A stretch of DNA of 63,077 bases, filler included, from an uncultured Methanosarcinales archaeon (GTDB lineage Archaea; Nanobdellota; Nanobdellia; Woesearchaeales; B54-G15), in the NCBI GenBank assembly GCA_964519225.1. It is 18 parts of 18 records of this genome, joined end to end, with 100 filler letters (N's around TTAATTAATTAA, not from the genome) between each part and the next. Parts side by side here need not be neighbours in the genome. Positions count along the whole stretch, not along the records: positions 1 to 6,366 come from CAZFJK010000031.1; positions 6,467 to 12,658 come from CAZFJK010000032.1; 16 more parts are not named here. One strand, 5' to 3'. Made by a program: the position numbers and the translations under genes. Numbering within the stretch: the first letter of the stretch is position 1; each line of letters starts with the position of its first letter. The notes under the pieces are model-generated. The model did no database searches and was not told the origin of the DNA. It saw nothing but the letters and a program-made list of their open reading frames with translations. This document shows positions 1-9,479 of this stretch, piece by piece.

Positions 1-165
1 CTAAAGACAAAACTAATATTTATTACCAGAGATGAATATTCAGTTTTAGAGAGTTTTTAATTGGACTTTCGAGTTTTTGAAACAAGGAAAAAAAACTGAT
101 AGAATAAAAAAAGCTCGGGATTTCTTATAACTGCTAAACAAAAGATTTTTAGTTTACCTAATAAT

Positions 166-239
166 TGGGGAGTCGTCTAGTGGTAGGACATGCGGCTCTG
201 GACCGTATAGCGGGGGTTCGAATCCTCCCTCCCCAGCCA
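166..239 (+). tRNA. tRNA-Gln(CTG), bacterial type with encoded CCA
   Basis: TGGGGAG/CTCCCCA acceptor stem, anticodon arm TGCGG-CT-CTG-GA-CCGTA, GTTCGAATCC T-loop, 3' GCCA. Confidence 0.96.
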
Positions 240-444
240 ACCTGTGCACCACGCAAAGTGACCAACTTTCCTAGTTTTAACACAAACTTGTAGAAAAATA
301 GTATGAGAAGTATTCTTATTAACTACAGGATTTTTTTGTTATAATTAAAGACAGATTAATTTATTTGAAACGGTGTAATGATAATAGGAAAGAAAGTGTA
401 TAGAATTTTGAGGGATTATAGGTTGGGGACCCAGAAGCAAATTC

Positions 445-678
445 TTATAAATCTAGTGTCTTAAATATCTCCGCTACATCACTATGTGTAAAGCCTGGAC
501 AAAGTATAATGGCATCTATCTCCTCCTTTTCATAGATACTTTTTGAAATTTTTATTGCTTCGTCTTGAGTTTTCACAACAACTGTCAAAAGTCTATACTT
601 TCCTGTGTCAATAATACTTTTATGTTTTTCACAATCCGCATCAGGTGCATGTGCTAAAAATAATGCTTTAAAAGCCAT
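445..678 (-). CDS. DUF6506-like small protein, possibly C-terminally truncated
   Basis: AFxALFLAHAPDAD...IILCPGF motif; AGGAG RBS upstream. Confidence 0.6.
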   Translation of the reverse strand: MAFKALFLAHAPDADCEKHKSIIDTGKYRLLTVVVKTQDEAIKISKSIYEKEEIDAIILCPGFTHSDVAEIFKTLDL

Positions 679-787
679 GGTTTACTCCTTTTTATTTTAG
701 ATTTCAACTTTATTATATATATTACCATCTCGTCTAATGTATCTCGCCTGACATATAAGGAAAGTTCGGTAGCAAGCTAATCTTGAT

Positions 788-1831
788 TTATTCTGTTTCA
801 ATCCAACGTTCCTTGAGCATGATCTCAACATCTTTTCTTGTTCCAAAATGGTCAGGTTCTGATGCCCAATGGGAAATAAATACTCCTGTAAAATTATGAT
901 CAGCTAAAATATTTAGTCCTATATCCATTGCTTGTGCTACTATAGCCGCATCCGGAACGGGCTTTGAAAAATGGCTTCCTTTCCAGTAATCCAAACCCAT
1001 AGGAACTGCAAGTTTGCAGAGAATATTATATTTTTCAGAAAGCATATCTATTGTCTCTGCTTCTTTTTCCACATAGTCTGCGTAGTCTTCAAAAGACCTA
1101 ATATCACTTACACCATTGTATTCCTTTCTCGGGAAAAAAGTTAAACCTATACAATCATAATCAGCAAACGAGTTGCACTTATCTAAAATTTTCCATCTCT
1201 CAATATCATAATGCTCTGCAGTGACTATCTTGCCACTATAGACTTTCCTAATCTGGAAGAGGATTGTTTTAAACCATTCCCCCGACACATTTTCTTCCAG
1301 AATAAGATTCATCTCAACACCAGGAGCAAACATCTCAACACTGTTTTTCTCGGCAAAGCGAGCCCATTTTAGAACAGTATCTGTCCAGACTTCTTCGGAA
1401 AGTGACCATTTTCCCATCTGCCAATAATCCCGCGATTCTACATAAGGAGTTAAAAAAATCTTCAATCCTTGATCGTGTGCCATAGTAATGGCTTCCTTTA
1501 AATATTGCTCAGCTTCAGCATCATCTCCAATTAATTTTCCACTGGAAGTGCCATTATAAAAAACTCTTATGAGGAGGTAATTTGCGCCAACATTTTTTGC
1601 TTTTTTGATAAATCTAATGTTACTCTCGTGATTATATATCTCCTCATAGATTCCCGGGTGATAGTATGAAATAGTTCTCCATGTTAAGCCTTGAATTTTA
1701 AACTCCTCTTTGATTTTGGGAACATAAGATTTTTCTTGTTCAATACAAGAATAAATAAAAACAATGCCAATTAATAGTAATCCTAAAACTAAAAACATCA
1801 CTATTTTTCTTTTATGATAATGAGTAGTCAT
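788..1831 (-). CDS. Membrane-anchored TIM-barrel glycoside hydrolase (GH113-like); putative cassette gene
   Basis: N-terminal hydrophobic anchor; AHxxGLKIFLTP and WARFAE..VEMFAPGVEM motifs; IRKVYSGKIV. Confidence 0.7.
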   Translation of the reverse strand: MTTHYHKRKIVMFLVLGLLLIGIVFIYSCIEQEKSYVPKIKEEFKIQGLTWRTISYYHPGIYEEIYNHESNIRFIKKAKNVGANYLLIRVFYNGTSSGKLIGDDAEAEQYLKEAITMAHDQGLKIFLTPYVESRDYWQMGKWSLSEEVWTDTVLKWARFAEKNSVEMFAPGVEMNLILEENVSGEWFKTILFQIRKVYSGKIVTAEHYDIERWKILDKCNSFADYDCIGLTFFPRKEYNGVSDIRSFEDYADYVEKEAETIDMLSEKYNILCKLAVPMGLDYWKGSHFSKPVPDAAIVAQAMDIGLNILADHNFTGVFISHWASEPDHFGTRKDVEIMLKERWIETE

Positions 1832-1886
1832 AAATAGTTATGTAAATTTCTTTAAAAACTCTTCTTTTTGAAAAGGCGAGCCTTCA

Positions 1887-1973
1887 AATTTCTGCTAACT
1901 TAAAATAACCGAAGTACTTCATTTATGCGCAACTCCAGGCGAAGCCTCAAACTTTAACTCCACGCTGTTATCA
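1887..1973 (-). other. attI/attC-like recombination site just downstream of the integrase remnant
   Basis: Minus strand reads TGATAAC...GTACTTCGGTTATTTTAA-GTTAGCAGAAATT; the last 13 nt are identical to the site at 49903-49915. Confidence 0.6.
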
Positions 1974-2097
1974 TTTTCTCTTAAAATCCAAAAAGCTTTT
2001 AACCCATCCAACATCCCGCTGGCCAACACAAGCATAGGTTTCTATTGTTTTCAAACTCTTAAATATATTGTAAATCTACACCACCTTCTAAAAGATC
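1971..2097 (-). pseudogene. Degraded C-terminus of a tyrosine recombinase (integron-like integrase)
   Basis: Manual translation gives DLLEGGVDLQYI*E, then in another frame LKTIETYACVGQRDVGWVKSFLDFKRK*; this matches HLLESGVDLRYIQE...KTTEIYTHV...IRSPID of the 48786-49814 integrase. Confidence 0.75.
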
Positions 2098-2211
2098 TAC
2101 TAATACGCTAATACCCGGATTGTTTGTAATTACTAAATGAAGTGCAGCCAGACGAGATATTGCGAATCCTGAGAGTAGTATGTTTGCTCACCCTCCTCTT
2201 AAACTAACAAA

Positions 2212-2430
2212 TGTTGCATCTGGCCGCAGTTGTTGAACGACGCTCGAACTTTTTTTGAACGGCAATCTGCGCCCTGACGAGTGCAGAACCCGCCCAGCGG
2301 CTCGCCGCCTGACGGCGCCTTCGGCGCGGTATTGGCGAGCGGGCAAAAATCCATTTCCCCCAGACCCCCTCTTCTTTTTGCCCGCTCGCTTTCGGGCTTC
2401 GCCCGATTTTTTCGGCGGGATTTCTCAAAA
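2212..2430. mobile_element. GC-rich, hairpin-rich terminus of a Patescibacteria-type integrative element
   Basis: Abrupt rise in GC; several GC hairpins (e.g. GCGCCTTCGGCGC, TCGGGCTTCGCCCGA); plus-strand stub WPQLLNDARTFFERQSAP*. Confidence 0.45.
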
Positions 2431-2452
2431 ATAATAAGGGTGGTGGGTGGGT

Positions 2453-4813
2453 TTAGATTGTTAATTCAGCAAGTTTGCTATACCTCGCTTTTTCAAAATC
2501 CTTTTGGTCAACGCGCAAGAATGTCCATTTTACTCCCGTGCGCTTGCTTACTTCCTCTGCCCAACGCTTGCCCTGTAAATCTTTTGCCGCCACATGAACA
2601 GCTTCTCGTCCTTTTGTCTCAACAACGACCATACCATCTTTTGCGCGAATAATAAAGTCGGGGATATAACGGCGCAAAAATCCATCTTTGGCGATATAAG
2701 GAATTTTGAGGTTAATCGTTCTTGTTTCGTTTTTAATAAAAGCCTCAACATCGTCTGCTCCATCAAGAAATCTCGCAAATTTCGCCTCAAAGTCATTATC
2801 AACCGGCGTAAAGTTCAAAACAGATTTTTGCACCGCCACCGCAAGTTTTATCCACGGAAACGGCTTAATTTCTAATGCCCGCGCTTTCCTCTCCTCCAGT
2901 TTCGCCTCCTCTGATACAATCGTCAGGTTATTGATAGCGTCAACAAAAACGGAAACTATTGCCCCGCGTACTTTGGGATGGTTCAATTTTTTAAGCGTTT
3001 CAAGATTTGCAATATCAACTTTTTTATCAAAAAGATGCTTTGCAATATATTCTTTGACCTGCGGCGCGACTTTGTCAAAGTGGCCCGGTATCCGCGCAAA
3101 CCGCAAAACCGCGTTGGTAATGCTGGCAATATACATCTGCGGATTGTCCGCGTACGGAAACTCCAGCACTTCTTTGGCTTCCTCTTTTTTCGTCAGCATA
3201 TCCACTTTGCGAAGGGTTACATCCCGCGCCTGCAAAGAATCATACTTGAACAACTTTCCGTCCAAAGCGCTTGCCGAAAGCTTTTCAATTCCTTTTACCG
3301 AGTGCGTCAGTCCGCCGGAAAGCATTGGCACTTCTATATCAAATTTTTCTTTGTCTTTCTCAACCTGAATAATTAGCGGCGGGGTGCATGCTTCTTCAAT
3401 GGGGGTAAACTCAATCTTGACTCCCTGCTCTGCTAAGGCTTCTGCAATTAAATCGTGAAATTGCGGGTGTTCAATAACAATAAGTTCCTCTTTGAGTTCC
3501 TGGTCTTCCGGCCACATTCGGCGGAGTCCTCGCCCCAATGTCTGCTCCGGCAAAATTTTGGCTTTTGCGCTATAGGAGCGCAAAGGAACAACAACTACCA
3601 CGTTGCGCACATCCCAGCCCTCGCGAAGCATCAAAACAGAGACAATGGCGTTGTAGGGATTGTCCGGCGAATCAATCTCGCGGGCGGCTTTGCGCGCTAT
3701 CTCCAAATCCTTTTCCGCAATCTGGTCTTTTTTTCTGCCGGAGTGAATGGTCAAAATTTTGCCGCCAAGTTCGGGGAAAGTCGCCAGATACTCTGCCACG
3801 TCATCCGCCGCCTTGTTATCCTCCGTCATCACAAAAAGCACGGGTTTTTTCTCCGTCTTGGTAAGCGCTTTGCGCATCTTCTTCCATTGATTAACTCCAG
3901 CGTCAATTTGAACGCGATATTTTTCCGACGCCTTTTTACTCTCAATTTCGGGCACATTCTCAAGCTCGGCGATCTTGGGCCGCTTGACAATGTTGTCTTC
4001 AATCGCGCTTCCTAAATTGTANNNNNNNNNNNNNNNNNNNNNNNNNNNNNNNNNNNNNNNNNNNNNNNNNNNNNNNNNNNNNNNNNNNNNNNNNNNNNNN
4101 NNNNNNNNNNNNNNNNNNNNNGGCTTTGGCCCTAAAATATCCTGCACTGGATTTTCTTCTTCTCCGTTTTCCCGCTCAACAAATTTCTGCCAGTTCAAAA
4201 GATAAAGAGTTGCCGGCTTGGTGCTTTCCCGTTCCTCATCAGGTCCAATCACATCAAGCTGAAAATCAGAAATCCACTCTGGGGGAAGAAAAGGAAACTT
4301 TTTGAAAATCGCCCCTTCAAAAAATTCGGGATTCTTTGAATCACCCATCAAGCGGTCGAGCACAATCAAGTTTGGCGCTATAAGCAGAAAATCCTTTGTG
4401 AAATCGTCTCGCTTTTCTTTTGTTGTGTTGAAATACGACCATACAATCGCCATCGCCATTACCATTGTTTTACCCGAACCGGTCGCCATTTTGAAAGCAT
4501 ACTTTGCCCATTTGTCTGCACTCGGATCCACCGGCACTCTGGCGTCAAGCTGTTGCGCGAGCTTGTACAAGCTCCGGGCTTCCAAAACTTCATAGCAATA
4601 AATCAAATGCTCAATCGCTTCTCTCTGCGCCCGCCAAAAAGCAAACAAAGTTCCATCTTTCAATTCATGGTTCTCCAAAAACCACCACTCCAAAAGCCGC
4701 CGCGTCGTTTCGCTTGTTCCTTCTTTGTATCCACCCTCGCGCCACGCGGCGACTGCCTGTTGCAGAGCGCGGACGAGAGGAAGTGCCGATTGTTGTTTAT
4801 TATGACCACTCAT
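2453..4813 (-). CDS. res: Type III restriction enzyme Res subunit (SF2 helicase + PD-(D/E)xK nuclease); spans a 100-N gap
   Basis: KMATGSGKT Walker A, MLREGWDV, EQTLGRGLR, C-terminal YIPDF...VVETKG. Confidence 0.9.
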   Translation of the reverse strand: MSGHNKQQSALPLVRALQQAVAAWREGGYKEGTSETTRRLLEWWFLENHELKDGTLFAFWRAQREAIEHLIYCYEVLEARSLYKLAQQLDARVPVDPSADKWAKYAFKMATGSGKTMVMAMAIVWSYFNTTKEKRDDFTKDFLLIAPNLIVLDRLMGDSKNPEFFEGAIFKKFPFLPPEWISDFQLDVIGPDEERESTKPATLYLLNWQKFVERENGEEENPVQDILGPKXXXXXXXXXXXXXXXXXXXXXXXXXXXXXXXXXXYNLGSAIEDNIVKRPKIAELENVPEIESKKASEKYRVQIDAGVNQWKKMRKALTKTEKKPVLFVMTEDNKAADDVAEYLATFPELGGKILTIHSGRKKDQIAEKDLEIARKAAREIDSPDNPYNAIVSVLMLREGWDVRNVVVVVPLRSYSAKAKILPEQTLGRGLRRMWPEDQELKEELIVIEHPQFHDLIAEALAEQGVKIEFTPIEEACTPPLIIQVEKDKEKFDIEVPMLSGGLTHSVKGIEKLSASALDGKLFKYDSLQARDVTLRKVDMLTKKEEAKEVLEFPYADNPQMYIASITNAVLRFARIPGHFDKVAPQVKEYIAKHLFDKKVDIANLETLKKLNHPKVRGAIVSVFVDAINNLTIVSEEAKLEERKARALEIKPFPWIKLAVAVQKSVLNFTPVDNDFEAKFARFLDGADDVEAFIKNETRTINLKIPYIAKDGFLRRYIPDFIIRAKDGMVVVETKGREAVHVAAKDLQGKRWAEEVSKRTGVKWTFLRVDQKDFEKARYSKLAELTI

Positions 4814-5427
4814 AAATTTAAAGTTTTTACAATAACAAAAGTTTCAAGGACTTTATTCCTTGTGTATCTCCAAAATCGTTTTGAGCGTCGGTAAAATATA
4901 ACCGCTAAAAATATGCTCACCAAAAATAACAGTAATGTGTTTATGTTGTAAGCAAAAAATACGAAATACATCAAAAATAATGATTCTAAAACAAATAAAA
5001 TAAGCCATCCTCTATACAAGCTATAATAGGAGTTAAATGCTAGCACTTGACCAGTTATATCTTTGGCACTAGCAAACATATAACATAAATTCCATAATCT
5101 ACTGTCGTCTTGTTTTTGTAATCCAAAATACTCTTTTGCTTGTTGCAAGATTTCTTTTTGTTTGTCATCAAAATCTTCTTTGTTTTCTGGAACCAAAAAA
5201 CGCAAAAATTTTATCTCGTTTATAAGATTTGCAACTCCCTGTACAAAATGTCCTGCAAAATACGCGACAATGAACCAAATTAAGAAAGTATCTAAACTGA
5301 AAGAAGGGACAGCAACTTGAAAGAAATAAACTGCGTTAAAAACAAGAAGTAACAGGGTAAGTGCGCCTACCATAAGGTAGCCGATTTGGTCATAAACATT
5401 AAATTTTGAGAAAATCTTTTGCTCCAT
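4810..5427 (-). CDS. Four-TM membrane protein of unknown function
   Basis: Two pairs of hydrophobic segments separated by a soluble loop; stop overlaps the res start. Confidence 0.75.
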   Translation of the reverse strand: MEQKIFSKFNVYDQIGYLMVGALTLLLLVFNAVYFFQVAVPSFSLDTFLIWFIVAYFAGHFVQGVANLINEIKFLRFLVPENKEDFDDKQKEILQQAKEYFGLQKQDDSRLWNLCYMFASAKDITGQVLAFNSYYSLYRGWLILFVLESLFLMYFVFFAYNINTLLLFLVSIFLAVIFYRRSKRFWRYTRNKVLETFVIVKTLNL

Positions 5428-5430
5428 AGT

Positions 5431-6252
5431 TTAATAATTTTGATTGATATAAACGGTATAGTTTCCAATCGCCGGAATTTCAATTGTGATTTTACCATCG
5501 TTGCGAGTCGTCAAAACCTTTCTAAGATTGCCGTTAAAGTTTAAACCACTACAATGCTGGGCATAGAGATTATGGTTTTGTGTCTCGTGCATTAACGGTT
5601 TATCAGAAATAATTACTACATGAGGGGTGCAGTAATTGAACACCTCCCGACAATAACCACTTTCTCGTCCATGATGAGAAGCGATTAAAATGTTTGTTCG
5701 CCTCAAACAATTTACAAATGTCTGGTTTGTTAAAAATTCTCTCCACCCAGCGGCTTCAAGGTCTCCTGGAAACATTACACCCACCCCGTTGTAAGCAACA
5801 AAAGTAACAACACTTAGGTTATTTGTATCTTGAAACTTCGTCGGTGAATGATGGAAATAAGCAATTTCCATCCCATAGTTCGGGGATATCGGTGAGCCAG
5901 TGAAAACATTTCGTATCCAGTGAAGAGCTGTTTGTACCGCCTCGTGTACCTCGCCGCTCTCTTCGATCTTTTTACGTTCCACCCAGTCGGGGTTAATATA
6001 GCTGTTGTGCTTAATGCTTACGGGGCGGATATGGGGTTCAAAATTCGCTAAATCAGAAAGATGATCTCGGTCTAGATTGCTCAAAACAATACAGTGAGGT
6101 CTTTGATTGCGCTGTCGCAACCAGTTTGATGGTCGCCAATTTGTAGATGCGTTATGCCCAGCGCCTATCAATATCAAATCGCCGGATGGCGTCTCTATGG
6201 CGCTACATTCACCATGCTCAACGTCAAAAATGTGAATTCTCATGGTATTCAT
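5431..6252 (-). CDS. ComEC/Rec2-like metallo-beta-lactamase-fold hydrolase
   Basis: FDVEHGEC, LSNLDRDH (variant HxHxDH), NNLSVV, FPGDLE, ASHHGR motifs. Confidence 0.85.
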   Translation of the reverse strand: MNTMRIHIFDVEHGECSAIETPSGDLILIGAGHNASTNWRPSNWLRQRNQRPHCIVLSNLDRDHLSDLANFEPHIRPVSIKHNSYINPDWVERKKIEESGEVHEAVQTALHWIRNVFTGSPISPNYGMEIAYFHHSPTKFQDTNNLSVVTFVAYNGVGVMFPGDLEAAGWREFLTNQTFVNCLRRTNILIASHHGRESGYCREVFNYCTPHVVIISDKPLMHETQNHNLYAQHCSGLNFNGNLRKVLTTRNDGKITIEIPAIGNYTVYINQNY

Positions 6253-6366
6253 GTTGATTTATAGTAATCTTTTCTCGATCTTAAAACGTACCAGCCATCG
6301 CTGTAATTCTGAAACTGTGTCCGGAAAACTATTTCTTTGTCGTCCTTTATACGGACTCTCACATTT
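6249..6366 (-). CDS. Partial 3' end of an unknown gene coupled to the MBL hydrolase
   Basis: Open frame NVRVRIKDDKEIVFRTQFQNYSDGWYVLRSRKDYYKST* whose TGA overlaps the next ATG (ATGA). Confidence 0.45.
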
Positions 6367-6466
6367 NNNNNNNNNNNNNNNNNNNNNNNNNNNNNNNNNN
6401 NNNNNNNNNNTTAATTAATTAANNNNNNNNNNNNNNNNNNNNNNNNNNNNNNNNNNNNNNNNNNNN
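6367..6466. other. Artificial contig linker (N-TTAATTAATTAA-N); recurs about 17 times through the window
   Basis: The same 100-nt six-frame-stop spacer occurs near 6367, 12659, 18662, 23914, 28842, 32992, 36618, 40019, 43176, 46187, 48684, 51009, 53172, 55269, 57315, 59307 and 61194. Confidence 0.99.
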
Positions 6467-7891
6467 ATGGCAGGCGAAGACCTCGGCTTAAAGGCAAAAA
6501 AGAGTGAGAACTTTGCAGAATGGTATCCTGAAGTCGTGCTTAAAGCCGGATTGGCAGATTATTCTCCTGTTAAAGGATGCATGATTATTAAGCCATACGG
6601 GTATGCTATTTGGGAATTGATTCAGCAATATTTTAATGCGCGATTAAAAAAGCTCGGCGTTAAGAATGCTTATTTTCCTCTTTTTATTCCTGAAAGGTTT
6701 TTTAAAAAAGAAGCTGAGCATGCTGCTGGTTTCAAGCCAGAAGTTGCATGGATTGAGACTGAGAAAGGCGAAGAAAGACTTGCTGTTAGACCGACGAGCG
6801 AAACAATCATGTATGATGCTTACGCAAGATGGATCAGAAGCTGGAGGGATTTGCCTTTAAAGATTAACCAGTGGTGTAATGTTGTTAGATGGGAAACAAA
6901 AGCAACTAAGTTGTTTTTGCGGACAAGAGAATTTCTCTGGCAGGAAGGACATTGTGTCTATGCTACAAAAGAAGAATGTGAAAAAGAAACATATCTTTAT
7001 TTAAAAGAATATGAAAGGCTTTGCAAAGAATTGCTTGCCATTCCTGTAATACCAGGAAAGAAAACAGAACAGGAGAAATTTGCTGGAGCTGATTTCACGC
7101 TTACTGTTGAAGCTTTTATGCCTGATGGTAGAGCTTTACAAATGGGAACTTCTCACAGCTTGGGACAGAATTTTGCAAAGGCTTTTGGAATAAAGTACAT
7201 GGGCAAGGATGAGAAAGAACATTATGCATGGCAGAACAGCTGGGGTTTTTCAACAAGGCTTATAGGCGCTGTTATTATGATGCACGGCGACAATAAAGGA
7301 TTGATTCTTCCGCCGGGAATTGCACCGGTTCAAGCAGTTATAGTTCCGATATATTTTGAGGATGCTGAAAAGAAAAAGGTTTTTGAGGTTTGTGAAAAGT
7401 TAAAGAAGGAACTTGAAAACTTGTTCAGAATCGAATTTGATTCGCGCGAGGAATACACTCCAGGATTTAAGTTTAACGATTGGGAATTAAAGGGAGTACC
7501 AATAAGGATAGAAATAGGACCAAAAGACGTTGCTAAAAAGCAAGCGGTTATTGTGAGACGAGATACTGGTGCTAAAGCAGAGGTTAAACTAAAAGATGTT
7601 GCGAATTATTTAAGTGATGCTCTAGAAAAAGTTCATAAAAATTTGTATGATAGGGCATTAAAGCATTTAAAGAAAAGTATTGTTGAAGTTAAGGATTACG
7701 AACAGTTCAAAGAATTTGCTGAAAAGAGGATGCTGTTAAAATGTGGATTCTGCGGAAAAAAAGAATGCGAAGAAAAAATAAAAGAAGAAACAGGATTAAC
7801 ATCAAGGTGCATTCCAATAAACGCAAAAGAAAAGAAGTGCATACTTTGCGGAAAAAAGGGGAAAGAAACTTACTTCAGCAAAGGATATTAG
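6467..7891 (+). CDS. proS: Proline--tRNA ligase (archaeal/eukaryotic type)
   Basis: RPTSET, RTREFLWQEGH, QNSWGFSTR, WELKGVPIRIEIGP, C-terminal Zn site ending in Y. Confidence 0.97.
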   Translation: MAGEDLGLKAKKSENFAEWYPEVVLKAGLADYSPVKGCMIIKPYGYAIWELIQQYFNARLKKLGVKNAYFPLFIPERFFKKEAEHAAGFKPEVAWIETEKGEERLAVRPTSETIMYDAYARWIRSWRDLPLKINQWCNVVRWETKATKLFLRTREFLWQEGHCVYATKEECEKETYLYLKEYERLCKELLAIPVIPGKKTEQEKFAGADFTLTVEAFMPDGRALQMGTSHSLGQNFAKAFGIKYMGKDEKEHYAWQNSWGFSTRLIGAVIMMHGDNKGLILPPGIAPVQAVIVPIYFEDAEKKKVFEVCEKLKKELENLFRIEFDSREEYTPGFKFNDWELKGVPIRIEIGPKDVAKKQAVIVRRDTGAKAEVKLKDVANYLSDALEKVHKNLYDRALKHLKKSIVEVKDYEQFKEFAEKRMLLKCGFCGKKECEEKIKEETGLTSRCIPINAKEKKCILCGKKGKETYFSKGY

Positions 7892-7911
7892 CATCGAAGA
7901 AAAAGAAAGGT

Positions 7912-8391
7912 TTGCAAACAAAAAGCGGCAGGAACAAGACTGAAAGCAAGCTTGAAAGAAGGAAGATTAAACTTAATTCTAAGCTCGAACAAATCATTAA
8001 GGAAGCAGGCAGGTTAAAATTTGAATATCTTTCTTTACAATTTTTTTCTTATGATGCTGGACTAACCAATCTATACGGCTTTTCTAGAACATCTCAACTT
8101 CAGGCTTTGTATGACTATACTTCAAATGTGAAAACCAACGATAAGTTTTACTTTTCTGCTGAATATTCAAAGCGTACAACAAAATCAGATGAAACAGATA
8201 ACAGTGAAAAAAACAGCGACCTTATAGAAAATGATGAAGAACTGACGAAGATTTTAGAAAAACATGTTATGGCAAAGATTTTTGGTCTGCAGGATACAAT
8301 GACAGCAAGCGAACGTGAAAAGCTTGATAAATATAGATTTATTGCCGGTTCTTTTATTTCAATGAAATTAAACTGGATGTATGGTTTGTAG
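7912..8391 (+). CDS. Hypothetical protein (start uncertain)
   Basis: Long open frame after proS with no recognisable motif. Confidence 0.4.
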   Translation: MQTKSGRNKTESKLERRKIKLNSKLEQIIKEAGRLKFEYLSLQFFSYDAGLTNLYGFSRTSQLQALYDYTSNVKTNDKFYFSAEYSKRTTKSDETDNSEKNSDLIENDEELTKILEKHVMAKIFGLQDTMTASEREKLDKYRFIAGSFISMKLNWMYGL

Positions 8392-8443
8392 GAGAAAAGT
8401 TCAATTAGATTAAAAGCGAAAAATTTTAAATTCGCTTTTTTGC

Positions 8444-8677
8444 ATGGGTTGTGTGATGGATTGGCATAAAAGGTACATGGAAATTCGTGAAAAACTTAAA
8501 GAAAAGTTCAAGAAACAGGGACTTAACGACGATCAAATAGAAATTAAAATGAATTCCATAGATCTTGAGTTCTTTAGGCATTTGTGGATTAATGGTAAAG
8601 ATTTTACAAAAAACGATAAAGAAGCGCGAATAAAATTTTATCTGGACTTTTTAGAGCTCAAAGCTAGAGAAAATTAG
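8444..8677 (+). CDS. Hypothetical protein
   Basis: 77-aa ORF with an upstream TTTAAA TATA-like box. Confidence 0.55.
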   Translation: MGCVMDWHKRYMEIREKLKEKFKKQGLNDDQIEIKMNSIDLEFFRHLWINGKDFTKNDKEARIKFYLDFLELKAREN

Positions 8678-8721
8678 ATTTTAGTAAAAATTTTAAATTA
8701 AAAGACTCTCTCTGTCTTAAA

Positions 8722-8955
8722 ATGGGACAGATAAGGAAAACGCATATTATTCCGAGGGCGCCTATAGCTAGAATACTGCTTTCTGCTGGTGCAAGACGCG
8801 TTTCAAATGACGCAGTGGAAGAATTAGCAAGAGTAATTCAAAGTATTGCAGAAGAACTCAGCCGACAAGCTGTTGATGTAGCAAAACATGCTGGCAGGAA
8901 AACAGTAACTGATGAAGACATTAAAGTTCTTTTAGAAAGATTTAAACGGTTCTGA
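8722..8955 (+). CDS. Archaeal histone (HMf-like)
   Basis: IPRAPIARIL..AGARRVSNDA...AKHAGRKTVTDEDI histone-fold signature. Confidence 0.93.
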   Translation: MGQIRKTHIIPRAPIARILLSAGARRVSNDAVEELARVIQSIAEELSRQAVDVAKHAGRKTVTDEDIKVLLERFKRF

Positions 8956-8960
8956 TTTTG

Positions 8961-9341
8961 CTAATGAACTTCCTTTAACCATAAAAGACCTATTTTTATC
9001 ATGAGTTTGTTAAATTTATCAGAAAGCTTATATGTCTTCTTGTACATATCATAATCAATCATTCCCATACAGCGCATTGGAGTAAGAATTCTATCGTAAA
9101 ATTGGCGTTTATTGTAGGTTACTTTTACTTCTTTTTTGAATGGAGCTTTTGCTTCTTTTAAAACTATATTTCCTTCGTGGAGGTTGTTGGCAAACATGCC
9201 CATTTCTGTTTTTGTTACTTCACCGCCGTGCTCTTTAATGAAAGCAACGAGGAGTTTTGCAACAATAACTTGTTGTTCTGTAGCAAATACAATTTTGTAT
9301 ATGTCTTCAGGCATATGGAATTGGTCGAATAGGATTACCAT
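8961..9341 (-). CDS. Hypothetical protein, probable winged-helix fold
   Basis: YNKRQFYDRILTPMRCMGMIDYD..KKTYKLS resembles a wHTH recognition helix and wing. Confidence 0.6.
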   Translation of the reverse strand: MVILFDQFHMPEDIYKIVFATEQQVIVAKLLVAFIKEHGGEVTKTEMGMFANNLHEGNIVLKEAKAPFKKEVKVTYNKRQFYDRILTPMRCMGMIDYDMYKKTYKLSDKFNKLMIKIGLLWLKEVH

Positions 9342-9479
9342 AATTCGTAAGAAAATGAGCTTTTATTTAAATGTATCTGTTTTGTATACTAGGATAGGAA
9401 TTTAAATCGGATCGTTTGATAGAACGCAGACGACTAGGATAAAAGAAATATTTTTAATCTCTGGTTTAAAACCGCTATT

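Noticed and set aside
2204..2652. ORFs 2204-2428 and 2281-2652
   Set aside because: These are chance open frames across a GC-rich hairpin region and antisense to res.
6249..6366. Partial gene as the type III Mod subunit
   Set aside because: Neither open frame shows a recognisable Mod C-terminal motif, so it is left as unknown.
6411..6422. Recurrent TTAATTAATTAA palindrome as a biological motif
   Set aside because: It is always centred in N runs and is an artificial six-frame-stop linker.
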